Source: the human T2T-CHM13v2.0 reference genome, Homo sapiens | Direction: 5' to 3' (one strand) | Assembly (NCBI RefSeq): GCF_009914755.1 | Contig: NC_060930.1 | Length of the DNA: 64,000 nt | Position numbers and translations under genes: made by a program | The notes under the pieces: model-generated | What the model was told of the DNA's origin: nothing | Database searches by the model: none | What the model saw: the letters and a program-made list of their open reading frames with translations, nothing else | Part shown: positions 26,956 through 42,508 of the stretch, piece by piece | How positions within the stretch are numbered: position 1 is the first letter of the stretch | Layout: every line of letters starts with the position of its first letter

Positions 26956-27559
26956 CTAGGCAATGGATCCTTCTTTGCACAGCCCCACTGAAGGAGACCC
27001 AATGCAGTCATACAACCTCACCCAGGTGAGAAGGGTTTGCTGGGCTGCCTAGGTGACATGGGTGCAGGAGAGGCCAATCCAGGGAAACTTCCCCCTAACC
27101 AGGACAAGCCTCTCCTCCTTCAATAGCCTGGAAAATGTGAGATTAGGCTTCCCTCTGGGGTCCAAATGGAGAAAGAGCCCACTCCACAATCCTAAAAACC
27201 CAAGCAGAATGGAAGAATATCTTACTAATGCACATTGTCAAAAACAGACCAGGTAAATTTACTTCAAAATCTGATATTATTTCATAATAAAAATTAAATT
27301 TTGAGAGGAAGAAAGGGAGCAGAATAGCTAACACATTCTCTTTTATTAAATGTTTTCTTCAAGAAAAATTACCAGATTAATCAGGCCAAAACAGCTTCTC
27401 ATATCTACCATCACACATTGAAATGAAAACTTTTCTTTCTCCCACGACCTCTTCCAAAACACAGCATTGAATGAGACTGGTAGGTAACTAAATAACCTTT
27501 GGGTTTTTCTTTTCTTTTTATAAAACTGTCATGCTGCACACATCTCAGCAATGTGTCTG

Positions 27560-27945
27560 TATTCTCTATCGAAAGCGGCTCTATAAAATCGAAATACAAT
27601 GTAAAAGATGACCTCCAGCAAGAATCTGTGGTTTGCCTATAAAAGAGGCAGCTGGGCTCGTCGTGCAGTTCCACCCACAGCCTGTGGTTCCGGCTCCCTG
27701 AGAGCTCTGCAGGACTGCAATGCAGTAAAGGGTCGCTTTCAAACGAAAGGGGGCAGGGAGGGAGAGAGCAAGGTTGCAATTTCCTTGTGTGCATTGAGCC
27801 TGAGCATTTTCTATTTCCACTGAATATGAAGAACCATGGTCTTGTTTTAAGGATTTAAGAAAAAGAAGACAGTTTAAAACCAAATGCCTGCTCTCTGCTA
27901 TGGCAGTTCTATTGGCAGGCTGTAATTTGCCAAGGGTAGGTAACG
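27560..27945 (+). promoter_or_regulatory. Candidate TATA/Inr promoter or enhancer
   Basis: TATAAAAG at 27638-27645; Inr-like TGCAGT with A at 27667; RUNX TGTGGTT at 27627 and 27683; 8 CpGs in about 180 bp; donor-like AGG|GTAGGT after 27935. Confidence 0.4.
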
Positions 27946-29001
27946 GAAATGCAGTTATGTTTGTATAATCCATGAGCTGTTTATCAACTATGTGAAGCCC
28001 AAAGATACAGGTGGCAGCAAATCTCTCTGGGAAAAAAACCTTTCAACTCTGAAAAAGAAAGAAAGAAATTCCCACCATTTTCATATAAAATTCAGTTCTA
28101 TTTCATTTCTCTGTAAATCTGAAACAAAAAGTTAAAGAGGTTAATGGAGGAAAATTAAGAACCTATGGGGCAAATAGGCATGTTTCAAATCACACATGGA
28201 ACATGAATATGTGTTTCTCAGGAAGAGAATATTTCTATTCATGTCCTGACATATCTTTAGCCTATAATTTAGAGGCAACTTCCACAAATGACAACTCTGA
28301 ACAAATCACTCCTTTGACACTAGGTTTGCAACAACCAGAAACCTTCTTTTGAGGAAAAAAGCTATTTGCAATCAATACAGGCAGTCATTTGATGCATTTG
28401 TTTGTTTGAGTTTTTTTCTTATTATTCTTTGCTTTTCTGGAAGAACCAAGTCCTCACTAAAACCGCACCTTTATCTGAAGGTATTAAACAAGCATTCACT
28501 AGTTTTGTAGTGAGAAATAACGTACACAGATATAAACATGATAGGTTCCTTAAGAATCATGTAAAGCAAACTGAAAATTGCTTCTTTATTCACAGATATC
28601 AGTATTTACTCCTGAGTTTCCATTTTCTTCCCTGCATGTTTTTACTCTGAGATATAATCTTGCTTCATCTTTTCAATGTCAATATGTCAGTCTTAGATTG
28701 AACCAACAACGATGAATATACAGCTTATTTGGTAATAAGCAGAAGGTACATGCACAGACTACAAAAATACCATGTAAATACATCTCAGGATACAGTAGCA
28801 TTAAATTTCCATTTCAGCATAACTTGCAACCACACTGCATAACACTAAACAGACTGAAGTAAAATGATATTTCAGACCGGAGTTTGCTTGTGTGGCTTTT
28901 ATCCTGATCAGCATCTGCACTTTTTAAATGAGAAGAGGAAAACACATAAATCATAAGATTTTTCTCCTGCTTAAATATCCCTTACTGCTATATTGCTTTC
29001 T

Positions 29002-29378
29002 TTTTTTTTTAATTATTATTATACTTCATGTTTTAGGACACATGTGCACAACATGCAGGTTTGTTACATATGTATACATGTGCCATGTTGGTGTGCTGCA
29101 CCCACCAACTTGTCATTTAGCATTAGGTATATCTCCTAATGCTATCCCTCCCCGCCTCAACTCCCCACAACAGGCCCCGGTGTGTGATGTTCCCCTCCCT
29201 GTGTCCACGTGTTCTCATTGTTCAATTCCCACCCATGAGTGAGAACATGTGGTGTTTGGTTTTTTGTCCCTGCGATAGTTTGCTGAGAATGATGGTTTCC
29301 AGCTTCATCCATGTCCCTACAAAGGACATGAACTCATCATTTTTTATGGCTGCATAGTATTCCATGGTGTATATGTGC
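29002..29378 (-). mobile_element. L1PA (about PA3-4) 3' end, 5'-truncated
   Basis: L1 3'UTR with poly(T); TSD tgctatattgctttct at 28986-29001 and 29376-29391, with TGC microhomology at the truncation point. Confidence 0.97.
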
Positions 29379-29479
29379 TATATTGCTTTCTATAACCTCA
29401 AGTGAGCTTCAAAAGTGCATTCTGCCATCAGCATCCAGTTGTACAAAGAATAGGCCATTCTAGATTGTTTTTTAATTAA

Positions 29480-29932
<453 letters not shown>

Positions 29933-30734
29933 TAGCAAGCACCATTAACATATGGGAGATGGTGGATGAGACTAGAGCTGGTGGTGAAGATGGAAATGGT
30001 GGACGAAATTTGAGTGAATCTCAGTTTGGGTCTGTTAGAGCATGCTGTAATGATTAGTTCCCTTTCCTTTGCCTATCATTGCCTGCAACAGGTTTTCTAT
30101 ACCTAACCCCAGGGCACAACTGTAGGCAGGACATGTGTTCTCACGCCATGGAGCAGGGCAGGACCCAAAGACTGTCTGAGTCAGAGAGTATGTGTGGAAT
30201 GACAGGAACGAGCTGAGGCAAGCACTCCTTGGGGAGTGTTTTCACATGGGCTTCCCAGACCAACCCCAGTCCAGCGAAAGCAGAGCACTACCCTGTATTT
30301 AGTAGTTCTAGGGACCCCAGGAATTCTGGACATGGGACAAAGCTGCAGCCGATTTCTACTCCAATTGCTGCCTCTTTGCTATCTGATGAAGGAACTCAAT
30401 CAGTCTCCATGGGAAGAGCAGTCCTGATCCACTCCTAAGCCTGCGTCAGGTTCTTATATCACTTATACCTACTTTTCACCAAAAATGACACATGGCATAA
30501 TTTGTGGATGTAACCTATAGATCTACTTCTTAGTCACAGAGAATAGATCACATGTCACTTTCAGCCCCCATCATTGCTGACTATGCCCCTGTGGAATATT
30601 TGGTTTCCAAAGCAGACTGTCTGTAATGAGCATTGTTTTCTTTTAAGCTGCTGCCACCACTGACTGGTGGCAAACATCTATTATTTTATATCGACTTTCA
30701 TAAGTACAGATTCTCATAAGTACATCAAGAATCA

Positions 30735-30990
30735 GGCATTTTAGCACTTACTATGTGTCATGCCTATGTCAGGTGCTCGAGACCACAAAATAAGTGGCCC
30801 ATCTCCAAGGTAAAGGATAAGCAATCTAGTAGGGAAGACAGATACAACTTGATTGACATGATATGAAATTATAACATGATGTGGAAGGGCTAAAATGAGG
30901 GCATGAACAAATTGTGAAAATACAGAGCTGGATATAATTAATTTCTGCCATTTTCTGTCTGAGGTGGTTTATAAAATCTCCACAGAATTT
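30735..30990 (-). mobile_element. L2 3' end
   Basis: gcacttactatgtgtcatgcc...caggtgct...caatctagtagggaagacaga. Confidence 0.7.
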
Positions 30991-32254
30991 GTTGCAAACA
31001 CAATAAAAATTAGATAGCCTTTCGATGAACTACATCCTTCTGGCATTTTGTCCTTATCCTTTGACCTCATTTCAATTGCCTCCCGGTTCCCACACTGTAT
31101 TATTAATGGAAATGTTTCCCATCATTATCCAGCAAGATTGTTACATAGACATTTCTGTTCTGGAAGATGCTTGAGAACTTCTTTAGCTGATAAAATAATT
31201 AACCTTTTGGACTACTATGGCCACTTACTGCTAGGCACAACTCTCAGGGATTCTGACTACAGTACTTAGAAAATATAGAGCATCTGTTTTGCATGTGTAT
31301 GTAGTATGTATAGCCTACCAAATAACTACTCATAAAAATAAAATTTTACTATCGTTAAAGGATTAAATAATGATCATCCACATAATCATGTATCTATAAC
31401 AGTCAAGTCTCAATTTCGGGGGCTCCTAAAGAACAGAAATTTTACAAAAAATCACTGGGGCCCAAGGCCAACACTACAGGAACAAAGGAGGCTGCCATCT
31501 GCATATGATCACTTGAGGATTGCAGAAGAACTATCTGCCCCCCATTTTTTTTCCTCAATGACCAGACCACTTGGTTATTAGCAGAAATGTGAAAACAATG
31601 CCCTCCGACATACTGCAACTGAGAAAGAAATGAATCAAATTTTAAAATGCAAGAATCAGGGGACTTGTGAATATAAACAGACTGGACTCAGACTCTGGGT
31701 CCTATGGAAAGATGCCCCTCTTTTCCCTTATTTTTCTCCATATTGTAAAGAACAGAATCCAATGGCTTTGCCCATGCAGTCAAGGTCCTCCATCATCTAG
31801 TCCCAATCCATATCCCACCTTCCCCATAACAAAGACTTTACCCCAACCAGACTAGCATAATCATTGTCCTCAGTTCATGCTTTCTTCTTTCCCCTCAGGT
31901 GGAGATAGGGCCAGGCAGAAGTTTTGCTGGAGAATCAGTTCTGTTTCAGAATCAGCTCCATTACTCAAGGGATGTCTCTGCACCATTACTGTGAGCCCCA
32001 GATGCTCAAATCATATTGTAGATAATCAAATTAGCAACTCGGCCAAAGAGTAGTCTCAGAAAGAAACATCTAGAAATAGACACCCAACACCAGTTACTGA
32101 GCTAAACAACGAATAGCCTATCTGAGGGATATAGATTCTGTGCCCTCAAAGGCATTACAGACTGGCTCAGGCTTTAATCTGAAAATGGTGTGTTTTAACC
32201 AAAGATCAGCATAACAAAATTTTCATTACCAAATGAAAGATAAGGGCATCATAC

Positions 32255-32490
32255 AATAATGATAGTTGATATTTATTGTGCACCTACAGAATACCAGGTG
32301 CTATTTGAAATCCTTTATATTTATTAATCTATTTAATCCTCACAGTATCCCTCGGAGGTAGCTAATGGTTGTTATGCTCACATTATAGGCAAGGAAATAA
32401 GGTCAGAGTTTGAGTAACTTGCTCAAATTCACACAATGCCTAGGTGGCAGAACCAGGCTATCTAATTCTAGAATCCATGCTTTTACTCAG
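32255..32490 (-). mobile_element. MIR SINE
   Basis: atttattgtgcacctac...tttaatcctcacag...gagtaacttgctcaaattcacaca...ggtggcagaaccagg. Confidence 0.85.
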
Positions 32491-32969
32491 TTGCCAGTTA
32501 AGGAAATATCAGACTATAGGTAGAATTATATACATGAAATGGATCTTAATGCTTCAGGTTTTCCTGGAAAAAAAATATTTGCTGATTAAAAGTCAAGAAA
32601 AGGGATATGCTTGTTATTTTCTATTAATATAATTGCTGAATTATTTGCTTTATGTAAGCAAAAAGCAAAAAATAAAAAGTATTGCTACCCAATATATCTT
32701 AAGAAGCAGAAAAAATAAGCAATGCCTTGTCCCAAATCACAGTAAAGTTTAAAGAATTGAAAGTCAAAATTTTCTCCAAAAATGTGGATGAAAGATACAC
32801 AGCCTGACTAAGGAGGTTTGCTGCAAATTCAACCCATTTGGCAAATGACCTAATCTGAAACAAGTTAATTATTTTTAGAAGGGTGTCACTCAAAGAAAAT
32901 ATTAAATCTAATTATACTTTATATTTCCCTTAATAGTTCTAAACATAAGTCATAATAATTGATTTATAA

Positions 32970-33285
32970 AGTGAATATTTCCCATATTTCTAAGCTATAC
33001 AATGAAACAATATGCACATATTAAAAGTTATATTTATAAACAGTTTCTAGCAATAGATAAAAAGTCTTACAGTATTAAGTGAAAGATGACACAAAATTTT
33101 ACATTTAGTATCTAATACATCTTTGGAAATATATATTCAAATGAAATAGGATAGGAGAAAATGTTATCAATTTTTTTTAATGGTTATCTTTGGCATGTTG
33201 AGATTTTATTTCTTTGTGCACTTATGTATTTCTAATTTTCTAGAATAAACATATTTATAATTGTAATGAAAAATAAAAATTTAAG
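32970..33285 (+). mobile_element. L1ME-type 3' end
   Basis: acaatgaaacaatatgcac...attaagtgaaa...tggttatctttgg...ttttctagaataaacat. Confidence 0.65.
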
Positions 33286-34594
33286 AGGAAATGTGAACAA
33301 AAAGTCATTAGCAATGTTTCTATGCTCAGCCCTTTGAAGGAACATTTTACCGTCTAGTTAAGAAAATTCTCTTTGAACCACACACCAGATGTAAGTTTAC
33401 CTTTATGAGACCCTTCAGAATTTTATAGACAGCCACTAATCCCAAATAATAAGGAAAATCAGGCATTCTTTCTCCAGGGGGAAAAACATTTTTTCTTTAA
33501 TTTAGAAGATATAAAATGGGATTTGGACTACATTTGAATTCTAGCTCAAATGTTCAGCAAATTAGTTAATCTCTCTGACCTTTGGTTTTCCCACATGTAA
33601 AAAAAGCAGTTGCCATTATAATTAAGTTCAATAACATAAGTAAAGTAGTTAGCTCAGATGACTGCAGCTCTAGCCGACAGCTGACTGCAACTACAATACT
33701 ATTTTCCTTTTCTCTCTCTTGGCCCTTAAAACGGGTAAAGCATCCATAATTGAGAGGGAACACAAGTGAATTTTACATAGGAACTGTATTTTGGATTCAC
33801 CTAAAGGACTAGTAGCTACAAAGTGAGGGATAGAGAAAATTATACATTATTTTCTAGTTAACATATGTTTATTGTTCTTGTCAATGTAAAATGATTCCAG
33901 TCCTTATGAGCATTTTTCAGTGGGAGAATTAAAAAATGATGTTACTTGATTTAAAACACATTTTTCATAAAATGTTAAATGTACCCATCTTGCTTATTTC
34001 TTTCCTTCTGACTCTCCTTTGTATCTGACTTTCCTTCTTTCTGTTTTTCTTTCTTGTATTATTTTAGACATATAGAGAACACAATAGTTACATTATTAAA
34101 CACCCAAAATGCTAAATATTTTCTTATAGTTGGATAATATATTAGGTTCAATTTGATCTATAGTGCTAAATTATATTATAATCCACATATGTCAACAAAT
34201 ATATCCAAAAAAAAACTCATTTGTTTAGTGTAAATAATTCTGTTTGGAATGGGTTAGAACCCTCACGGGATATCTATAACAGGAAGTTTTTTCTTGAAAA
34301 CATTTATAATCTCTGCCTCATCTCCTGACCTTCAAAGTTTCCTTAACACCACTCGAGTTCTTCATAATTTATTCTAACCAGGTTAAACAGATTTTACAGA
34401 TCATACAGTCCTTCTCACTGAGTATCAGTGACAGAACAAATATAGGATTAGATAAGCATAACTGAGATTTTATCATAAACAATGTAGGTTTTCTAAGCAT
34501 TCATTATTTTCATATTTGTGGAGTTGCTAATTCCTCTCTCCGCCTTGCTGTTTCCCACTTATTTTTCAACCCCTAGAGTAAATAACACCCATTC

Positions 34595-34897
34595 TGGGAA
34601 GCCGTTCTGAACACTTCCCACTCTCATTCCTCCCTGGAACTCACCATCTCCGATGAGGTTGGGGCTTCTTATTATATTCTCTCATTATGCACTAGCTTTT
34701 TACTTCATACCACTATCAAAAGAGTAACTAAATTATTACTAGTATAATCCCCTGCTTAATGTCTATGTGAATAAACTATAACTTCCTTGGGACAAAGATG
34801 TACCTGTCTAGTTCATCTTTGCATCATAGGTCCTCCCATGGTATCTGACCTAAAAAAGCCACCCCATAAATAAATATTGAATAAATTAATGAATGAT
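34595..34897 (+). mobile_element. L2 3' end
   Basis: tctgggaagccgttctga...ctataacttccttgggacaaagatgtacctgtc...taaatattgaataaattaatgaatga. Confidence 0.7.
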
Positions 34898-35234
34898 AAC
34901 TTCAGTTGCTGTCAGGTAAAATATCAGGGTCTATGCTTTCAGCTCTGCATAAGTCTCAGCCTGAATCTCAAAGGTCCATGTAGAATCAAACTGTGGTCAT
35001 TGTGTAGTTTAGCAAACAGGTAACATATGTCAAGAAACCGCTTTTCTGCTTCCAGTAAATATGCACACCAAAGTAAGCAAAGTCTGGCTGCCATTCACAC
35101 GAGGTATGTATATAACAGAAGAATACTTAGAACTACAAAGTTGACAGCAAAAGATGCCTTCTAAATCCAGGTATGTATAGGCTACTGCTTTCCCAAGTGT
35201 TTTTTTTTCTTATGCAAATTACTGTGAGAATTGA

Positions 35235-35400
35235 TGGAATGTCTGCTTTCAAATATACCCGGGGCTATTTCTGATAGTTATCAGAAAGATCAAATCCAAT
35301 GAAGATAGAGTACAAGGCATGAACAAAATTAAAATCAGGAGAATATAAGTTAGTGTACTTGGAAAGAATTTAAAACAGAAATTTCTCTAGTGAATCAAGT
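35235..35400 (+). mobile_element. Possible L3/CR1 3' fragment
   Basis: ctgctttcaaatatacccggggct...gaagatagag...ggaaagaattt weakly resembles the CR1 ORF2 end (AxFKYxKG motif). Confidence 0.35.
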
Positions 35401-36419
35401 CAGATCTTCAAAGTTGCCTTAAATCCCATAACAATAAACAAGCCCAGATAGCCAACAAGATCAGTTTTATGGTGCACAGTGGGTTTTTTAAGCTAATGGA
35501 ATGTTCATTGTGGAGTAGCCTCTAGGTTTATCTATTACTTTAATAACAGGATAATTTAGGTTACTCTCTGTACCTTCTGAAGTCATGATAAACAGCATCA
35601 TTCTGGGACAGGAACTAGGCATAGAGTCAAGTGAGCAGCTTAAACTCCTGCCAGGTGCTAAAAAGGAAATAACAATGACACAAGAGTGGAAAGAAAAGCT
35701 TCAAATTCTCATTATGGCAGGCATCAAAAAATTAACAAAAAGCAACCCCAAAGACTTTGAAACAATAATACAGGCTTTTTCCTAACTTAGTTCAACAGAA
35801 AATTATAGACTGTTCTAGTGAATAAGACAGGGATAGTGCATGCCTTTGCAAAATTTATAAAATGTCTTTTGAAATACAAAATAGAAGCACTCATTTCTAA
35901 AGAGTATTGATAAACGTTCTTTACTCCTTTATCATTAATGATATGCTATAAATGATATGCTGTATCTATGTCACCTAGAAGCCTTCCCAAGGTTGAACTA
36001 AAACTCATGATCGCAAATTTCTACGATATAATGACAAGTGAATGACTCAAAGGATAAAGGTTAGGGGAATCCAAAAATAATAATATGCAGCTTGGCAGGG
36101 TGGCAAGGTTATCATTTCAGAGGTCGGACTTGAGTGGGTCTTGAAAAATGGATGAGACTAGGGAAGAGGGAAGATGGTGTTGAGGATGTGAGGAAAGGCA
36201 TGAAGAAGACTGTCTGAAAGCAGGAAGGCAGATGGCACCCAAAAAAAGTCAGCAAGTGGATTTTCCTGAAGCAGAGGGCACCAGTAATGAAGCAATGAGA
36301 GATGGCATTAGAAGGGTAGGCAGACTCCTCAAATATCCCATCCCTTACAGCATAGTAAAGTCCTGAGCATTCAGAAGAGAATATTGAAGGAATCCTTGCA
36401 TTAAAAAAACTAATCTGGT

Positions 36420-36997
<578 letters not shown>

Positions 36998-37792
36998 ATA
37001 TAGAACAAGAAACAAAGCTTCTGACCATATTGACTTAGGGAAAGTGATGAAGGCTAGGCCTAGGGAATTTGGACTGGCCTGACCTGAAAGGTAGGCAGAG
37101 AGGCTGCTCAGTTTAAGTCAAAATATAAGGTCCAACTGACATCTGGAAATGTTTGTAGGGACTTTGACCCCTAAAACTACATTACTTTTATATTGCTATG
37201 CTCAATGTTTGGACGGGGAGGCGGGGTGTGGTTTATTGTGTAAGGACTCTAAATGAATCTAAAAACTACCTTTGCACATCTTGATTCCATCTGTTTTTTT
37301 TTGCTACACCCATCCCATAAGGAGAAGGCAAGTTCCTCAAAGGCAGAGAACTTGCTCCCTGTTGTATTGCAGCCCCTACAGTGGTGTTGGCACAGACTAA
37401 GCAAGCAATTTCCTTTTTAATGAATGAATAAAAATCAGTCTTTTCAATCACTGAAAAAAAGCAGCTGCCATTCATGGATCCTTGGGAACCATGTCTAAAG
37501 CTTCCATTCCCCAGGCAAAAACTAGAAAGATTCAGTGATGTCCACCATGGATTCTGAATACTTTTGTATACTCTGGAGGGTTCCAAAATAGAGAAGTGAT
37601 CTGGGAGAAACTTTAAAGAAAACAACGAGGCAAAACACGGAGGCAGCAAGAGTAACAAAATCTTTATGGCGACCCAATTTCAGCCTGATTATAATGCATC
37701 TGCCATCTGCCAACAACATGCCTTTCTGAGGGCTTTTACCTCCTAAAGTCTACAAGAGAATTTCTGAGTCATAAAGGAATTCCTTCTCTTCC

Positions 37793-38166
37793 TGTATTAG
37801 TCCCTTCTCATACTGCTAATAAAGACATGCTGGAGACTGGGTAATTTATAGAGGAAAGAGGTTTAATTGACTCACAGTTCAGCATGGCTGGGGAAGCCTC
37901 AGGAAACTTACAATCATGGCAGAAGGGGAAGCCAACATGTCCTTCTTCACTTGGCAGCAGAAAGGTGAAGTGCCGAGCAAAGGGGGGAAAGCCCCTTATA
38001 ACACTATCAGATCTCATGAGAACTCACTCACTATAATGAGAACAGCATGAGGGTAACGCCTCCATGATTAAATTACCTCCCACCAGGTCCCTCCCATAAC
38101 AGGTGGGAATTATGAGAACTACAATTCAAAATGAGATTTGGATGGGGACACAGCCAAACCATATCA
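37793..38166 (-). mobile_element. THE1C-like solo LTR
   Basis: Complete LTR; 5-bp TSD cttcc at 37788-37792 and 38167-38171. Confidence 0.95.
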
Positions 38167-38518
38167 CTTCCCATTTAAGAGTTTAAGAAATCTGACAGAC
38201 CATCTTCAAATGCCAAGAGTTTAGTATGTGAGAATTGGTAGGCCTTACGTATTTATTTTTCTGAAAATGGATAAGGCTGTAATGGCTATATAATCAATTA
38301 TTCCTTCAACCTAGATTTTTTTAAATTACCTTAATTGGCATAATCAGTTGGATTGACCATGTTGTTAAAGAATCTGGCTATTTCCTTCTCTGAAAACCTT
38401 TAAGTACTTCAGCCTAACTTTAAAAGAGGGAAACTAAGACCCAGAGATCTAATGCCACACCCTAGGTCAGTAAGGTCTTTGCATTCGAGAGTAAATCCTA
38501 CTATATAATGCTGCCTCT

Positions 38519-38844
<326 letters not shown>

Positions 38845-40679
38845 CTGCCTCTCTGAACAACAACTACAACAACAACAAAGCGTAAGCTTTAATGAAGTTC
38901 AAGCCTAGTGCTTTTTATTACATCAGTTCTTTTTCCTTCAGAAAAGTAATCAAGGAGAGACGCAACACAATGACGAACTGGGTTTAGATTTGCGTGGCTA
39001 AGATTCCTAATTTTAAATAATTCCATTTTACCAAGTAAGAGAAACTAAATTGTCCTTAACATAGGTTAGAAAGGGAAAGCATAAAATGCAAAAATAAAGT
39101 ATGCTGAATTTCTCCAACGCAAGTTTCTAATAGAGAGCCATTTGTGGGGAGGGGGCATCTGCCCCTGAAGGTAGGAATATTTTTATACTGGCATTGTTTA
39201 GAATCACTGGAGCATGATGACAATAAAAAGCAGACCAACCTGGTTTTATTATTGTTTTTAAATTTTCTGCAGACAATGCACCCGCTAACTGACTGTACCG
39301 GAGGCCAACAGCTCCCACCACTGCCCTTGGTGGGCCACTTTTGGGGGCCAACATGGGAGATGTACCTAAAAATAATCCTATCACACAAATCACTGCCACA
39401 AATAGTGTCACTGGAGGTAGAAATAATACTGGAGAAACATAGGAAAACATTTGAGGTCTTAGCAAGGGATACAAAAATGCGTAGCAATGAATGAAAAGCA
39501 GTTCAAAGTATTTCTGAGTGATATGGTTGGCCGAGGGAGCCCTGAGTAGATGGTACATGGAAGTCCCACAGAATGAAGAGAAGACTGTTCTGGGGGCAGC
39601 TCTTCAACCTCCTCAGACCAAAGAAATTGGCCATCAGCTTCTCCATTAGGATCAGGCCCTGGTTTGCCCTCACCATTCCTTCTTTTATGCATTAATCATC
39701 AGTTGATAGGTCAATATAAAAAATTGATACAATGTAAATACTACAGAATAAATTCTATGAAACTGAAAGGACAGCGCAAACTGTAACATGGAGGAAGGGT
39801 CCCCTTCCACCTCACCCAGCCTCTTCCATTCCTGACTTTGTGCTATTCAGAATACCTGTCTGTATCATCCATGTGTATCATCCTATGAATAGGGAAAACA
39901 CTTTGGGGTCCAGGCTAGGGGTGCTGGCTTAATAGGCAGATGTCCCTTTCCTCACTCATAATTCAGGTTTTACCCTCCTCTGAGGGAGACAGTGACCTTC
40001 ACAAATAGGAAAATTGGTTTTGGGTAATACATTCCTCCATCCTACGGTCAAGGATTCCATTGTGCAGAGTTTCATATGTTCAAAACACTTATGGCAATGC
40101 TAAGTACCATATCTCCTTCTCAGAGAGTCAAAATGTACCCCAGTCATACTGTAGGCTCTAAGAAATGATATGTTAGAGAAACACGTTTTTAGCTTTTACC
40201 AGGTATTTTTGCAAAATCAGTACAGCACAGAATCCTTTTTCCTGTTAGTATCAATATACCTGGGAACCAGTATTCTGCATTCAGAATCAAGTGGAATTAG
40301 GTAATTCATCCTCCTCTGAAACGTATTTTCTAGAAAAAGAATAGTCTTATACACAGCAGGGACTCACGTGTTATTGTATAAATGAAGGAATGACTTGAAA
40401 TACAGAATTCCAAAACATAAAGACCAGGCTAAATGATGGCCAAACTTGAAAGTAAAAAATGTTTGTTCATGCCTGGTGTTCATGTATATGCTACATTTAA
40501 TCATAGTAGGACAAAGTTGTAATATTTACTTGATTGTATGTACTCAACATTCACATGGATACACAAAGCCTTTGAGTGTTCAGTGGTTCAACTCAACTTT
40601 TTTTCACCCAAGAATTCTCTTTTTATTGTATAAAGTATCAAAAGGTTAAAAAGTGAGTTTTACTTTAATTACCAACTTA

Positions 40680-41062
<383 letters not shown>

Positions 41063-42508
41063 GCCATGGTTTTATTCAAATGTATGCAATCATTTATTTA
41101 ATAGTAAGTTTTAAAATTTTGAAAATGTATGGGCACCAATTTAAGTAGTGTACTATTTAACACATTTCTAACCACCTGTTATTCTGACACTACATTTAGT
41201 GGAAGTTACCTCCAAGGCCAATTAGGCTTTTCATCTGAGAAGGGTCTGGAAGGTGATAGATTATATTGTTGCCATGTAAGACGAAAACTTACATTCATTA
41301 CTATCAACTTACGACCAATTTTTTTTGGCACCTCTGAATGTTTTTTTGTCATATTCATTCCTTTCCCTTTAAAACAACATCCTTTAGTGGACTTTCTCTC
41401 CTTGGGGCTATTTACAAGATGCCCTGAATCAGATGTCATTAGCTGATACAACATTCATCTTCTTTCAGGACTAGAAAAATCACCAAATAATGATTAGAGG
41501 CAGCGGCTTTTAAAATATCCTAACCATAGATCTCAATTTGATATTGATTTAAGTGATTAATTTTTCTATGAGGGTACAGCATCCTGACCAATCAAATAGA
41601 ATGTTTACAGGGTGCATTAATCATGGTTTACAGTTTTCCTATAGGTATGATGGATAGTGAACAGTTTATGAATCAATAAACTAGCAAAAAAAAAAGTATT
41701 CAGGACTAGAGATATGGGAGCAGAGACAAGACCAGCTTGATTTTTATGTTTTTAAAATTCCGGCAGTCTTTTAATTATAAACTCCATTTAGTTTAGTTTA
41801 TATTTAAGGGTTTATCAGCTTGTTTTTACCATTATGATGCACTGAAAAATAAGTTCAAAATGTGGAGCTTTTTCTGCACTTTAATGTGATGTCAAACTGC
41901 AAATAATGGCTAGTAGTGTGATTTATCCAGATAAAACAATATTTTAAGTAGAACTGTATAAAATGATCTGTATGTTTCATTTCCTCAGAAAGCAGCCAAG
42001 ATTTACAGATTAAACCTAAAGTACAGTAGAAAGAAATAGATCAAGATTTTGCTAAGCAGAACAGATACTGTGACAATAAAGATTTTTTCTTCCCTTCCTC
42101 AATTCTGAATTGTCATATTTCTTTTTGATGTTTTCACTCTTCAGCCTAATTCACACATATACCATTATCTTATGGCTAATCAGTTGATTTTTATTATGTC
42201 ATTCTGTTTTTTGCCTCTTTCTTCTTGCATAACTTAGATCCATTTTTTTAATCCTTTCTATTAGAACCCAGGAGTTATATAGTCAGTTTCAGAAGATCTT
42301 CCAAACTCTCAGTTTAACCCCGTTTCTCACATAAGGAAAATTGCCCCCACAGTTCCAATGGCTGCTCCTTCCCTGCAGAACATTTTCCAAAGGCAGAATT
42401 TTGAGCAGCAGTTCTTTCATGTTGGCATGTGCTGGACTGGAGCTTCTAACCATGCAGTGTCTGGAAAGAGGGTCTCAAGGAAAACACAGGTTCATATGTG
42501 TTTTCTCA

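Noticed and set aside
39056-39692. Four overlapping ORFs of 77-143 aa on both strands
   Set aside because: No recognisable domain or clear splice boundaries; compatible with chance
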